Shown here in pieces: positions 26,101 through 39,794 of a DNA stretch of 64,000 bases. A program made the position numbers and the translations under genes. The notes beneath the pieces are model-generated. The model was not told where the DNA came from and searched no databases. It saw nothing but the letters and a program-made list of their open reading frames with translations. Origin of the DNA: Octopus sinensis (taxonomy: Eukaryota); contig NC_043010.1 of assembly GCF_006345805.1 (NCBI RefSeq), positions 55,800,001 to 55,864,000 of the forward strand, written 5' to 3'. Every line of letters starts with the position of its first letter. Within the stretch, counting starts at the first letter, position 1.

Positions 26101-29100
26101 GCCCATCAGGAATCACTGCAGAGATGCTCAAAATATCTGGTAGTGTCGGCTATAGCCTAGTCACCCATATAGTTAACCAGGTGATACATGAAGGAGTCAT
26201 TCCCAATGACTGGTGTAGCAGCATAATAGTCAACTGCTACAAAGGTAAAGGTGACACCCTAGATACAAATAATTACAGAGGTATCAAGCTGTTGGATCAG
26301 GTAATGAAGGTTACAGAGAGGGTCATAGCCCAACTAATTAGAGAGAGAGTTAGTTTAGATGAGATGCAGTTTGGGTTCGTGCCAGGGAAAAGCACCACTG
26401 ATGCCATATTCCTGGTAAGACAGCTACAGGAGAAATACCTAGCCAAAGATAAGCCCCTGTACCTGGCTTTCGTTGACATGGAGAAAGCCTTCGACAGGGT
26501 CCCCCGATCACTTATCTGGTGGTCAATGAGGAAACTAGGGATAGATGAATGGTTAGTGAGAGCTGTGCAAGCCATGTACAGGGATGCTGCTAGTAAGGTG
26601 AGGGTTGGCAACGAGTAGAGTGAAGAATTCCGGGTAGAGGTAGGGGTCTACCAAGGTTCAGTCCTCAGCCTCCTCCTATTTATCATAGGCAATTATGGAG
26701 GAATTCAAGACAGGATGCCCCTGGGAGCTCCTCTACACTAATGACCTTGCTCTAATTGCTGAGTCACTATCAGAACTGGAGGAGAAGTTTCAGGTGTGGA
26801 AGCAAGCATTAGAATCGAAGGGCCTTAGAGTCAACCTAGCTAAAACCAAAGTCCTAATAAGTAGGAAGGTAGACAAGTCACAAACGCTGACAGGTAGATG
26901 GCCCTGCTCGATCTGTAGAAAAGGTGTAGGTAGAAACTCTATAAGATGCACCAAGTGTAAGCTATGGACACATAAGAGGTGCAGCAACGTCAAGGGAAGG
27001 CTAACTAGGAAGATAGTTTTTGTACGTGGCAGTTGCTCAGGAGCAATAAACACTGAACATGCACAGAGACCAACTTCCGCCACATTCCAGGGAGAAAAAC
27101 TAGAAATAGTTGATAGCTTCCGTTACCTAGGTGATCAAGTCAGTAGTAGGGGCGGGTGTGTTGAAAGTGTAACTGCTAGAGTAAGTATAGCCTGGGCAAA
27201 GTTCAGAGAGCTCTAACCTCTTCTAGGGACAAAAGACCTCTCGCTCAGAGTAAAAGGCAGACTGTATGACGCATGTGTACGAACAGCCATGCTACATGGC
27301 AGTGAAAGATGGGCCATGACTGCTGAGGATATGCATAAGCTCACAAGAAATGAAGCCACTATGTTCCGATGGATGTATAATGTCAGTGTTCATACTCGAC
27401 AGAGTGTAACTACCTAAAGAGAAAAGTGGGACCTAAGAAGCATCAGTTGTGGTGTGCAAGAGAGACGTTTGTGCTGGTATGGTCATGTGGCAAGAATGGA
27501 TGAAGATAGTTGTGTGAAAAAGTGCCACACCCTAGCGGTTGAGGGAACCTGTGGAAGAGGTAGACCCAGGAAAACCTGGGACGAGGTGGTGAAGAACGAC
27601 CTTCGAACTTTAGGTCTCACCGAGGAAATGACTAGAGATGGAGACCTTTGGAAGTATGCTGTGTGTGAGAAGACCCGGCAGGACAAGTGAGACCATAACC
27701 CATGGCCTCAGTTCACGTATGCATACCTTTCCTTCTTGGGACACAAAACTCTACTTGTGAAGACCCATTGAGGCAAGTGAAAATCAAAATCAAAATCAAA
27801 ATCGATCAACATCAATGGAAATTGTAGCTGTGATACCAGTGCCGGTGGCACATAAGAGAACCATCCGAACGTGGCCATTGCCAGCGCTGCTCCGACTGGC
27901 CTCCGTGCCAGTGGCACTTAAAAAGCACCATCCGATCGTGGCCGTTTGCCAGCCTCGTCTGGCAAGTAAAAAGCACCCACTACACTCATGGAGTGGTTGG
28001 CGTTAGGAAGGGCATCCAGCTGTAGAAACATTGCCAGATCTGACTGGCCTGGTGCAGCCTTCTGGCTTCCCAGACCCCAGTTGAACCGTCCAACCCATGC
28101 CAGCATGGAAAGTGGACGCTAAACGATGATGATGATGATGATAAATATATGTCCAGTCATAGAGTGACCAATGGTTTCAAATCTATAAAGTGCTCAACTT
28201 TATGGCTGACTTGTCAGACTCCAATTGTCACATGCATATAACCTCTCTTCAACCTGGAGGCAGGAAACCATTATGGTTAGTTAATTTGCAAACAAAAGAA
28301 TAGTAAACACTGTCTGAGCCTTAAACAGGATGGGTTATCGCCCTTAGCCCAGCCCAATCAGCAAATCTTACGGGCCTAAAGGGCAAACAGGGAATCTGCC
28401 CTTATGTTGATTCCAGTCCACAAATACTTTTACAGCCATAATCAGTGAACAAGAAATCTCATGCCTGTAGCAGGCAGTGTTTGAAATGGGGGCAAGGGCT
28501 ATAAATTTTCTGTCTTGAATTTAAGAGAGACTCCAGATCCAGCAAGTCTTTTAATGATCCTGTCCCATTCTGCAATGGAAAACTTGCATCGTCTGTGGAC
28601 ATTTATATAGGACCCAGGCTGCTCTGTGATCCTCCATCTAATTTTATATGGAGTTCCTTCCTCCTAAAGACACTACATATGGCTGGCCATATATGGTGAC
28701 AAAACATCTTTCTGGAACCCTAAAAGAGGACCTGTGGTTGAACAGGCTTGAGTGCCTGTTATGTTCTCCCCTCCGCTGCATCTTCCATTATTGTTGTTGT
28801 CACTGCTGTTGTTGGTGCTGCTAGTGCAGAGTGTGGGTCCAGCAATAATGCTGTTGTTGTTGCCATTGCAGCAGTCATCCTCGGCTGTAGTGTTGGTGTT
28901 GTTGCTGCTGTTGCCAATAGTGTTGTGGTTGCTGTTGTTGTTAATTGTGAGCATGAGACTGGTAGCTGCACTGGTGCTGGTGTGGTTATCATCTCTGGCT
29001 AGAGTGCTCCTGTTGGTGCTGTGGTTGTAGTTGTTGATGCTGCTGTATCTGCCACTAGATGTGTTCCTGCCATGGCCATCCCCGTTGTTGCCATGAATGT

Positions 29101-30372
29101 TGCCGGATGAACCACTGCTGCCATTACTCTGCTTGTTAGGGCTGCACACGACCACGACCACCACCACCACCACCACCACCGCAACCTCATACACAATCCC
29201 TCAGCCTTGCATGTGCCCCACCACCATCACCACCACCACACACATACTGGGCAACATTATACTCCCTACATGAGCAACTGGCCCCTGCTCACATTTTATG
29301 GATGTTTTCTAATATTCAATTCATGTGCACAATGAAAGGAGACCCTTGGGCTGTGCCTATTCAACAAACATCTGCACTTGTGTGCCTGGATGCAGTTCTT
29401 GTCTAGCAATCAGAGTATTCGCTGCAGCAGCTCATCCAATGGCAACAATGGCGACAGTAGAAGTGGCTGTGACAGCGACACATTAACTAGCAGAAAGAGC
29501 AGCACTGACAAGTACAACCACAGCACCAACACCAGCACCAGTAGAGCTACCAGCCTCACGGCCAGAATTAACAGTGATGGCAACCACAACACTAACACCA
29601 ACACTATGGCTGGGGATTACTACTGCAACAGAAACAACAACAGCAGTATCTCAAGACCCATGATCTGTAATAACAGCACGAAGGACAGCAGCAACAGCAA
29701 CAACTTCAGGCCTGGAACCAACAGAAGATACACCAGAAGTGAGAGCACAACCAGTACTCAAGTCCAGAGATATGTCAGGTGGGCCCGAACTGCCTTTAAG
29801 CGGTGCTTGTTGAACCACAGGTCCTAAATTTAAGGTTCTGGAAAAACATTATGTCATATCGGTGGCCAGCTACGTGTGGCATACTAAAAAAAAAAGTACA
29901 GTCTGGATTCTATTTAAATAGGAGCAAACAATATAAGCTTTGCATAACAAGGATCTTTAAAGACTCATTGGACTGAGCTCTCCCTTAAACACAGGACATA
30001 TGATCTCTAGCCCCTTTCCCCATTTCAAATGCTCCCTGCTGCAGGCCTGGAATTCTCTGTTCATTGACTAGGGTTCTAAAAAGTATTTGCAGACTGGAAC
30101 CAACCTAAGGGTAAGGATTCCTCTTTTGCCCTTTGGGTTCATAAAACTTGCTGACAGGACAGGGCTAAAGGTGATAACCTATACCATTCGAGGCTCAGAC
30201 ATATTATTCTTTTGTTTGCGAATTAACTGACTGTAACTGTTTCCTACCTGTAGGTTGAAGAAAGGTTATATGCCTGTAACCATTGGGGTCTGATAAGTCG
30301 TTTATAAAGATAAGCACTTCATGGATGCAAGACCATTGGTCACTCTATGACAGGACATATATTTAACTTCGT

Positions 30373-30446
<74 letters not shown>

Positions 30447-33400
30447 ATATCTTAGAGATTGATAATATACATATCAGAGTAAGAACTATATTCAACAAAA
30501 GCAATGGCCAACCATGCTCCAGCTTGGCTACAGTCCAAACATTAAAGCTAGTAAAAACATAAAAGAATATAAATATACATTCTTTTACAATTTTTCTGGT
30601 TTCAGTCTTTTGATATAACATTATGGAAGTGCTACTCATCCATTTTTTTTATTTATATATTGTCTCTTTTGTTTTTCTAAGACTTAATACCCACCCACAA
30701 ACATTCAATGTCACTTCGCCTTTTTAATATATTTACACTCATAAACATACCAAAAGGATTTATTTCTGGGTACTAGTTTGATGTTTCTGACTACTCACTA
30801 CAGAACCATCTGGCTATAAGTGAATATTTGGTGCAGCATTGCTTAACCTTAACTACTGTCTCAACTATTGGTATGTGCCTTCTACCAAAACACATATATG
30901 CTTTGCATTTCATATAGACCCTTGCAGCAACCAGTTCAAATTGAGCTTAATATTCAGATTTATATTTGTGCTTTTTGTATTGTCACAGTGTCCCTGCCCA
31001 TATATGAGTTTGTACATTTCTGTTTATACATGTTGATAGATTATAAGATTAACATGGCATACAAATCTAGAATTGATAATATTAAAGCACATACATAAAC
31101 AAGTCAGGACATCACCTAATGTTACATATGTAGTGGCTGTCTTTATGTATGTATTGAAAAACTCATATAGCTATTAGATTACTCATACAGATTATTTTTA
31201 GTTGTGAAGTTTTGCATAGGAGTAGCCACACACTTTGGAAATGCTGATAGCTGATAGTATAAACGATTACCAAAAACTCAACAAACAAAATAACTCAGGC
31301 TTTTCTATTAGAGTTCTCCATCTTCTGGGTAAGTTGCCATCTCACCTACCCAAGTAGGCAAAGAGCTCACCTGGGTACCAAGCCAGAAATATCTAAATCC
31401 TCATGCATATATATCCTGTAGTTGGATGGCTGTTGACTCTTCTGAATTCATCCACTCTTTGATGGGTCTTGTTTTTCATCCCATAGGGTGTCCAAAGACA
31501 ACCATGCTTACCAAGCAGGCTCAGTGCCGTTGCCAGTTTAGTCACCAACAACCTGACCATGCAACAGATTGTACTGGGTTACATATTACTAGTAACACTC
31601 AAGGGTGACCCCACACACACATATACATACACACTTACATACACACACACACACACATATATATAAATATATTGGGTAATCCCATAAATAATGTGCTTTT
31701 TTTAATACTTTCTTTATTTTTCAAAATTAAGATAAAGTTCTTTTTTAATCTAAAATATACTCTCCTGCATTTTCTACAACACTCTTCCATATATCTGGTA
31801 GACTTGCAAGGCTTCTCTTCCATAATTCACTTGTCTGTGACAAAAAATACTCCTCCAGTACTGGTCTGACCTTGTTTACAGAATTCATATTTTTTCTGTC
31901 TAAATGATTTTGAAGACTGTGGAATAAATGATAATCAGATGGGGCAATGTCCAGTGAATATGGTGGGTGGGGCATCATTTCCTATTCAAACTGCTCCAGA
32001 CTTTGGAATGTCATCCTAGCTGTATGTGGGCCGAGTATTATCCTGATGGAAGAACACCTTTCGTCTTCAAACCAAAGATGGTCGTTTTTCTTCTAGTTCT
32101 GACTTAAGCCACTCAAGTTGCTCACAGCAGATCTCCTTTATTATCGTGTGGTTTGGGTTTAAAAGTTCAAAGTGGACTAAACTTTTCATATCTCACCAAA
32201 CAGATAACAACACCTTACGTGGATGAAGACCTTCATTAGCCTGGGGTGCCAGTGTTTCTCCTTTCCCTGCCCACTGTCTTCGGCACTTGACATTTTTATA
32301 GAGAACCCATTTCTCGTCACCAGTCACTATTCAGCCCAGAAAAAGGTTCATTCATGAGACGTGACAGCAAAGAAGGGCACACATTCACTCTCTGCGGGTG
32401 ATTAGACTCAGAAGTTTGTGAGGAACCCATTGACCCAATTTGCTGACTTTTCTGATGGCATGCAGGTGTCGATGAATGGTTAAATTACTAGATCCAAGCT
32501 TCTCTGCCTTGTTCCTCAACAGTTATGATGGGATTTTGTTCCACCGGAGTTTGCAGGATGTCCTCATCAAGCTCTACAGATCTTCCAGGACGAGGCTCGT
32601 CTTCTAGGCTGTAGTTTCTGGCTCAGAATTTCTGGAACCACTGCTGATAATAGCTTACACATATTGTCTAATCCCCAAATCCTGCATTAATATTCCTTGC
32701 ACTTTCCGTTGCATTGTTGCTTTTATTGAACTCCTAAAGCAAAATATGCCGAATGTGCTCCTTTGTCACTTCCATTATAGCTTTGAAAAAAATAACTGTT
32801 AAAATCGAACTGCACTCTTCAAAACTTGCAATAATAATAAGCACAAGGTAAAATTACTATATGCTTTTATAGAAAGTTGATGCAAGTAGTTTATCCCGTC
32901 CCCCTGGGACTTTTAGTTCATGCAATTATAAAGACCACATTATTTATGGGATGACCCAATATATATGAACTCACAACCACACATTTTCAGCTTACTTAGT
33001 TCCACTGAGAAGGCAGTGGTCAGCATCAGCCCAACGTTACTGAGGAATATAGAAGACATCTGCCCGAAGTTACTGTGCAGCACACAAAACTCAGAACCAC
33101 AGATTCACAGCTGAGGTAGAATGGTTTGTCTCATCTGGTGTTTAAAACAGTGACTGAGTATATCAAGTAAAGCTGTGAATCGTGACTAATGGTGAGAAGT
33201 AGAGTTGTTTGTTTTGCACTTGTTGCTGACTGTTAACCCTCATCAATGATTCAGTTAATTTAAAGAATGAGTGGTGTGTCTTGTTTAAGATTTTCACTGC
33301 TATAAGCTCTACAATTTGTAGTCTTCCTCTTTATCTCACACTTATCAGAAACCCGTGACCCTTAATCCTGGTTCACTAATTGTTGCACTGTAACAGTTTG

Positions 33401-35817
33401 AGCAAAAATGCATGGCCTATAAATAAGTCATAGACAAAAATCACCCATTCCTACTAAGGAGACAGTTTTTACCCATCATTGCAACTTTTGAAAATGAAGG
33501 ATGTTTCTGTACTTGGCATATTTTATCTTTAAAACTGTTCTCAATCCCATTGGTTCCTTGACAAAAAGATCCCTATCACACCTTTGGTATTCCTTTCCCC
33601 ACAACATATCATTTATAATGACTGTAGATAACACTCTCACAAAGGAAACTCTTTCTGTCTGGATAAATCTCTAAAGCTATCCATCTCCATCTTACCAGAC
33701 TCATCACAATACACACATATATCACATGCAGAAACACCTTCATATCAACTGAGCCACTGGCCATGGCATTCATTACTCTACTATCCTCAAATGATGCACC
33801 TCAGAACTAGCACACTATCTACAACAAAGCTAAGAGCTAAAGCTTTCCCTCCTAATGACTACCACTACAGATTCATAAAGTTACATCTACTGAAGGCCCA
33901 CACTGTTGTATCTCTCATCATGTCCTTGAAAAATTTACTCAAAACAGAACTGTTGCACTTGATACCATCTGGTATGTAAATCTTCTAGGTATTGGGATTC
34001 CATCATCATTTGGCTCAGAGCTTTCCTGTAAGACACTACTTAGATACTATAGCATAGCCCAAGGTTCGATTTTGCCTCGCACTCTTTCTTTACCGTCACT
34101 TCCAATACTCTGCGCACTTCTGTGCAGATTACATCACTCTTCGTTCCTCCTTAACCTTCCATTCCAAGCATCATCCACTTGCAGTAACTTCTGACTCGCT
34201 TGTTTCTTCTCATCACTTCTAGTCTATCCACATCTCTATGCCATGTCATAAGCACTATACCTAATCCTTTATCCCAGCTTCAGTACAGAATTTTATTTGT
34301 TGTCCATGATTTTCCTGAAGTTATTTCAGAGTAACACCAACTGTGTTGACCTGACCAGTGTGGAAAACCTGCAAAGGCTAGGGTTACAATATCTTCCTCT
34401 TGACCAACTACACACTCACACACACACACATTTATATCAGCATTTCAGTGGTTCAAAGGTTATTGTACAATTATTATGAATTCTAATTGTAGGTTTGTAA
34501 AAACATCAAAGACTCTGGTTGGCCTTGCATTCAAATCGAACCCTTGACCCTTAAACAGAAGAGCGAAATTATTGATATATACTTTGAGAAAACTTATGGC
34601 AAGACATTAAGCAGCGAACAAAGAGAGTTGATAGTGGCCACACCACAGAGTGACAATCCACTTTTTCTGCGAGCTCTCTTGGATGAAGTAAGTTGATCAA
34701 TATATGTGCCTGTATATGTCTATATATTTACACACACACACATATTCCCTATGGACATAAATATATTGAGTCGTAGGACTCAGAGCAAGTTAAACAGTTT
34801 CCATGGTGTATACGTGTCTGAGATCATAACATTCCCACTGACAGGGCGCTGGATTACTCTTTAACAGCAGAGTTGACTGGAGTAACAAAAGCACAAAGCA
34901 ATGCCACATCTGGGAATTGAAAGCATGATCTTGTGATCCTGAATGCAACCCTTTAACCACTAGGCCACGTACCTAAACACATATGCACATATGTATGCAT
35001 CTGAATGACCGAGTACTGCATCTGCCATTCATATGAAGTGAAGCAGAACCTGTTTCATGGTCAGAATGTTATGAACAATCTGGAAACTTCATAGAAATCT
35101 TCTTCCAATGTAAGAAGAATTCATGAACAGCAGCAATTGTTACCACGTCTGGTTGCTGAGAGCTCCTTGCATTTGGACTCCAGCACAGAACAGCCAAAAC
35201 TGTAACTACTGGGGATGGTGCACTTAACAAAGCTTCACTTTCTTTGGTCGTGCTTGTGATACAAGTGGTACAGGAAGGTCAATTTGAGAAGTTTTACTTT
35301 TCAGTTTTGTCAACCCTTTTGTACACTCTGTTATCCAGAAAATGATTTCCAAAAAGCTGTGCAAGTTCAGTCTGTACTGCATCCAATGGAAATATTTACG
35401 TTGACATTGATAATTATTGGTTAATTTCTTCAATGGCTAACATTATCTTATTTCCTTCCAGCCACTAAAGTGTGTGTGGTCACTCAATATTAGAAATCTA
35501 TCAGTTTCATATCTCTTTGTTCAGAGCTGGTTACGATTCAAACTTTTTGCAACCCCAAGCAGACAACAGAGCTTTCACTATGGTGGTCGATGTATGGTAA
35601 GTGGAACAATGAAATGGCTTCACTCCCAAAGGCGTAGTATGGATGGGAGCAGTGGCAAATCCATTGTCATCTGTGCTGCTGTACCTTCTCTTATTAGTGT
35701 GTATGAGAGGTGGAGGCGAGCCCTTTGAAAACAAAGGGCTAAATCAGTGAAAACTAAGTACTGATCTTTCTTGAATGGGGGTTAACACACATACATACCT
35801 GCATATATATATGTATG

Positions 35818-35848
<31 letters not shown>

Positions 35849-36462
35849 GTACATATATATATAAACGTACAAAATAAGTATCAAATCATATAAGTATTCA
35901 CAAAAGGCATGACATAAAAGAAGAAATACTGAAATGAATGCATCAAATCAATTGTCTTTCAGTCTCCTGAGCTGGGTTTCCTTTCACTGTCACAGTCATC
36001 CATTTACAGATTCGTATCTATGGTGCCTTCTCTACTCTGACTACCCTGACCACCACTATGCACAAGTATGTAACTGCTAGCTGCCCACGAGATTTATTTT
36101 GCATGATTTTGGCCCGTCTCGAGAAAGATTTCACTGATGAATTTGGAGACACGTGAGTTACATTTTGTTGATTGTGGTTCCTTTAGTTTTTCACTTTTCC
36201 ATCTTCCGTTGGAAGCTCAAAGATTCTTTCAGTCTTGCATGCATATATACATACATACATATATGACCGCGTGTGTACCGTTGGCGAATTTTTTTTCCTC
36301 TGTCTTCCCTTCTCTGGATCTTTCCTTCTCCTATGTTTCCGAAGAAGAGCTCCGCTCGAAACATTAAACCCTCCTTCTTTCCTTCTTTCCTGAGCGTCCA
36401 ATAATACTATATTTGTTCCACGTCCTCGCGTTGCTGTGTTTTTTGTGCTTTCTTATTTGGAT

Positions 36463-36499
<37 letters not shown>

Positions 36500-37319
36500 T
36501 CATCATCATCATCATCATCGTTTAGCGTCCGCTTTCCATGCTAGCATGGGTTGGACGGGTCAACTGGGGTCTGTGAAGCTGGAAGGCTTCGTCAGGCCCA
36601 GTCAGATCTGGCAGTGTTTCTACAGCTGGATGCCCTTCCTAACGCCAACCACTCCGCGAGTGTAGTGGGTGTTTTTTACGTGCCACCTGCACAGGTGCCA
36701 GACAGAGCTGGCGAACGGCCACGAACGGATGGTGCTTTTACGTGTCACCGGCACGGGGCCAGGCGATGCTGGCAACGGACACGAACGGATGGTGCTTTTA
36801 CGTGCCACCGACACGGGGCCAGACATAGCTGGCAAACGGCCACTATCTGTCCTTCTTTAAGATGCTAGGGTTAGCTTTGAGGGAGATTTGGCTACTATAT
36901 CTAATATGCTGGGCAATCTTATAGAGGTTTAGATACAGGTTCATGCTTTCAATAGAGTGGTGATGCAGAGATTATATGTAAGCAACATGAAAGAGAATCC
37001 CAGGTGAAGTGAGAGCAAAGTTGGATATTAAAGACATGTGCAAGTGTTATGTCAGTGAAAGAGAAACCCTTAATCTGCTGCTTATTTTCCCAACTTGGAA
37101 AACTTGATTGGTCATTAACCTTTAGCACACAGGAGATGTATCATGCCACTATATGAGATTTCTCCCCTGTAGTAAAAGGGCAGCAGCAGGGGAAACAGTT
37201 CTAGAGGAAACACAATGTGCTAAAGGTTAAGAAAAATGACGGATATAGGTCAAATACATATGATGTCACCAACCACACACATGCATATACACACATATAC
37301 ATCTATATACATACGTATG

Positions 37320-37399
<80 letters not shown>

Positions 37400-39745
37400 G
37401 TATGTGTACATATTTATATATATGTATACACACAGCCTGTTATTATTAGTATTCAAGTTTTTTCTTAAAAAGAATGCAGATACAATATCATTTGGCCCAG
37501 CTTCAACACTGTGCATGGACTTATATCGCCTGATAAATCATTGTCTGTTCCTACCCTCCCAGCATAGGTTCAGCTCCAGTGAAGCACATACTGATAAAGT
37601 TGAAATTACTGCAAACAGTACACAGCTAGCACTAAGTCCTGAACACAAACCCCAAGAAGTGTAAATTATTTCCACACAAATCTTCTCCTGGCATTTTTGC
37701 ACTGGTTATTGTTATTGCATCTGCAAGAATTCTGATTTGTGTCCCATGGTGAAAAATCTTCTTTGTTGTTATTAAAATGGCACCAAAAGGAAAACAATTG
37801 TCTGAAGATTTGAAGAAAATTATTTTTAATTTGCCCAAGATTGGTTTAGGATACAAGTTAATTAGCAAGTGAATACATATTAACATAAACACAGTTGCCA
37901 AAGTAATTCAGAAGTACAAAGCTACTGGACAGCTAAGCAACAAACATTGTCCAGGATTTGCCACATCCAATGTTGCATGATGGACGACAGGCATCGTAGC
38001 ACTTCATCTTTGGCTCAAGAAGTATCTTCTGTTAGTGGAAAGAGTGTTTTCATCCAAACAGTTCGCCAAAGTTTGAACCAGCGTGGTCTTTATGGACGTA
38101 TTCCTCACAGGAAGTCTCTCCTCACTACCAGGCATAAATCAAGTCATCTTTCTTTTGCTGAAATCTATGTGAGTAAGGGGGGGGGTTCTGGAATAAAATT
38201 CTTTCTTGTGACAAGACTAAAATCAACTTGTTTGGGTCAGGTGATATTAAACAAGTATAGTGACGACCAGGTGAAGATGATAGCGACAAATGCACCGTGC
38301 CTACAGTGAAAGCGTTATGTTTTGGGGATGCATGAGTGCGGCTGGTGTGGGAGGACTCACATTTATCGAGAGAACAATGGATTCGAGGTTTTATTGTGAA
38401 ATATTGCAGAAAACAATGTTGAAAAGCATCAAGGAACTAGGAAGATATTCCATGTTCCAACATGATAATGACCCTAAACACACTTCAAAGACGATGACTA
38501 AGTTTTTATCAAATAAAAAGATAAAGGTATTACCTTGGCCTACCATGTCACCTGATTTAAACATCTGTTGGGTGTTTTGAAAAGGAGGGTTGAGGAGAAA
38601 AATCCTGCAATGCAACACAGATGAAAGACATCATTCAGGATGAATGGAGGTCGATTTCATTGGTTATATGCAGAAATTTAGTCGACTCTATGCCCAGAAG
38701 ACTTAATGCAGTCATGGAAAGAAGGGCGGTCACACCAAATATTGAATATAGCAAATAATCCTTTAGGATGTACATATTTTTGTATCGTTTGAAAATTAAA
38801 ATTTCGTTCACATCTTTGAAAATTTTCATTGTTTTGTGTTCGAAATTTGTATAATGTTTGCAAGTATAATATATTTTATTCAGTATAGATTTCGTTTGAT
38901 TTCCTTCAATATTATCTGAGTAATGGCAATTTTAATGAAATTTTTTCGCGGTTTACATACTTCTGTGAGATATTGTATGTATATATACATACATATGTGT
39001 ACTTCCATCTCTGAACGTGTTATCTTTAATGTTTAAGGTGCAACGTTGTAAGGGAGACAACTTCTGCTATTTGGTGCTCCAGAAAAGGTATGTCAGAAGA
39101 CGAACTCAGAAGACTCGTCAACGTGAGTAGTTTTGTTGTTGTTTATTCCACGACCAGCTCTGATACAAGCTAATTCTGTAGACGTTCATTATTGTGTGTC
39201 ATTCTTAACATTGAAAAATCGCCCAAAACAATCACAGTAATGAAAACTTGGGAATCCAAAATTTCAGGATTGTAGGTCCAGATTCAGCCCAGAATGTTTT
39301 TAATTTACTCATGCAATCAGCCTAATTCCAAAATGGTATGCTATGTTGGGCCTCTACGCGTAAAGTTGAAAAAGTGTGACGCACATTTATTATATTATAT
39401 TATATTATTATATCATATTAAGGCGGTGAGCTGGTTGTATGCTGGGTGAGATGCTTAGCGGTATTTCGTCTGCTACTAGGTTCTGAATTCGAATTCTGCC
39501 GGAGTTGACTTTGCCTTTCATCCTTTCGGGGCTGATAAAATTAATACCAATTACATACTTGGGTCGATGTAATTGACTTAATCCCTTTCCCCAAAATCTG
39601 AGACCTTGTGATTCCAGCAGAAAGTTGAAAAACTTTATAATATTAGACATGTTTAATATTAGATATGTTTAATTTTAGATATTAGATAATATTAGATATG
39701 TTTAATTTTGGGGAAACTTGATTTCAATTAAAGTATATTTTATAA

Positions 39746-39794
<49 letters not shown>

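Noticed and set aside
24355-27686. Minus-strand ORFs over the RTE LINE
   Set aside because: Antisense shadows of the LINE ORF.
28673-29827. Asn/Ser/Thr-rich ORFs (173 aa -, 149 aa +) and Leu/Val-rich antisense ORFs
   Set aside because: Products of AAC/CAG low-complexity sequence in the palindrome arms; open in several frames, no domain.
35462-35596. Candidate for the constitutive exon between exons 8 and 10
   Set aside because: Phase 0-0 does not bridge to the phase-2 exon 10; 36010-36152 fits both phase and family-like sequence. Kept only as a possible cassette.
36640-36845. Repeat-spacer-like pattern suggestive of CRISPR
   Set aside because: Eukaryotic LINE 3' UTR tandem units with near-identical 'spacers'; no cas genes.
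39650-39712. ~16-bp AT-rich tandem repeat (TAATATTAGATATGTT)
   Set aside because: Short slippage-type minisatellite with no further signal.
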